NCBI GenBank assembly: GCA_013572355.1
Contig: QBUV01000093.1
Location: forward strand, 1 to 34,874
DNA: 34,874 nucleotides
Origin: Candidatus Methanogaster sp.
GTDB taxonomy: Archaea > Halobacteriota > Methanosarcinia > Methanosarcinales > Methanogasteraceae
Reading direction: 5' to 3'
The notes under the pieces are model-generated. The model was not told where the DNA came from, searched no databases, and was given only the letters and a program-made list of their open reading frames with translations. A program made the translations under genes and the position numbers. Of the stretch, positions 34,267 to 34,874 are shown one piece after another (the stretch's first letter is position 1; each line of letters begins with the position of its first letter).

Positions 34267-34874
34267 CTAACGTGAGACCTGATAGGTGACAACAAAGATG
34301 ATCAGTGCCATCATCAGAACACCCAAGCCGGACTCTGCCGCCACCAGTATCTGGGGCAGGTGTCCTGCTGCCAGATTGGGCTGGGTGTTGGAGTATCCAA
34401 GACTTGTGAATGTTGTGATGCTGTGGTAGATGTAGTCTATCCGGTCGGGCGCGACTTGGGTGCCGTTTATGTACATTACTGTGTCGTTAGAGGTGTCGTT
34501 TACGCGCATTACGGTACCGTTTACATTCTTGACGATTCCGTCAGAGAGCCAGAAAAGAAAGGCAAATAATCCGATGATGAGACCTGAAACAGAGATAGGG
34601 CGACCAATCCGGTCACCATATCCAGTCAAAGCACGCAGGATCAGCAGATCAAATATCGATCTTGTCCTGTTCTTAAGTCCACCTCTCGCCCATCTGAGCT
34701 TTCTGTGTACCTCACCCCTTCGGTAGTGGACATGCGCTGCTTGGTCGAGCCTACCGTTTGCGATGTAGAAGTTGTAGAGGTTGTTGTAGACCTCGTAAGA
34801 CGCTTCGTAGGTGTCGGCACGGCTGCCATCGTAGAGGAACTCTGGCTGTATCTTACCGTCTTTGAGAATCAGTC
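34267..34874 (-). CDS. two-TM ion-channel (Ion_trans_2-type pore) protein, 5'-partial (runs off the window)
   Basis: The ORF-track entry starts at a TTG, but the frame is open with no stop all the way to 34874. The upstream part translates to ...YEASYEVYNNLYNFYIANGRLDQAAHVHYRRGEVHRKLRWARGG..., the conserved cytoplasmic pre-TM1 segment of this channel family as I recall it. The pore helix and filter read ITTFTSLGYSN. Confidence 0.8.
   Translation of the reverse strand, partial: LILKDGKIQPEFLYDGSRADTYEASYEVYNNLYNFYIANGRLDQAAHVHYRRGEVHRKLRWARGGLKNRTRSIFDLLILRALTGYGDRIGRPISVSGLIIGLFAFLFWLSDGIVKNVNGTVMRVNDTSNDTVMYINGTQVAPDRIDYIYHSITTFTSLGYSNTQPNLAAGHLPQILVAAESGLGVLMMALIIFVVTYQVSR

Overview
This 34.9-kb window looks like chromosomal DNA from a methanogenic euryarchaeon. 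The lineage call is an inference, possibly Methanomicrobiales-like. It rests on the PolD small subunit, TFS, the L30e-NusA-S12-S7 cluster, pantoate kinase, a methanogen-type SerRS, an AksA-like homocitrate synthase and a candidate methanogenesis marker 11.

Most of the window is tightly packed housekeeping genes, and many junctions overlap by 4 nt (ATGA or GTGA). On the + strand these include pcm, a recJ-like gene, a dUTPase-family gene, cmk, rpl30e, nusA, rps12 and rps7. Others on either strand are gatB, DRG GTPase, thiL with an orphan ABC ATPase, tfs, an IDH/IPMDH-family dehydrogenase, pantoate kinase, apgM, DP1, serS, glyA and a leuD/hacB-type small subunit. I saw no rRNA, tRNA, CRISPR array or transposase.

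The non-routine content is:
1. A small accessory islet at about 21.9-23.1 kb, transcribed as one tight minus-strand cassette. It holds a 68-codon stub resembling the N-terminus of a Type III-like DNA methyltransferase, an orphan MNT nucleotidyltransferase, and a MntA/HepT (MNT/DUF86-HEPN) toxin-antitoxin pair.
2. A fused double U32 (UbiU/UbiV-like) protein that is translationally coupled to a DNPH1/Rcl-like nucleotide N-hydrolase.
3. A cis-prenyltransferase homolog that lacks the catalytic N-terminal motif but keeps the C-terminal RxG, as in NgBR/Nus1.
4. A TiaS/DUF1743-like protein coupled to the dehydratase small subunit.
5. Two copies of a roughly 95-nt structured repeat, each just 3' of an unrelated gene.
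6. Three gene stubs (GT2, epimerase, methylase) and an AT-rich 470-bp spacer that abuts an N-terminally clipped Lrp gene.
7. An unlisted 49-codon ORF downstream of a phasin-like gene.
8. A channel gene that runs off the right edge of the window.

All family assignments come from reading motifs and from memory of the families. No searches were run.
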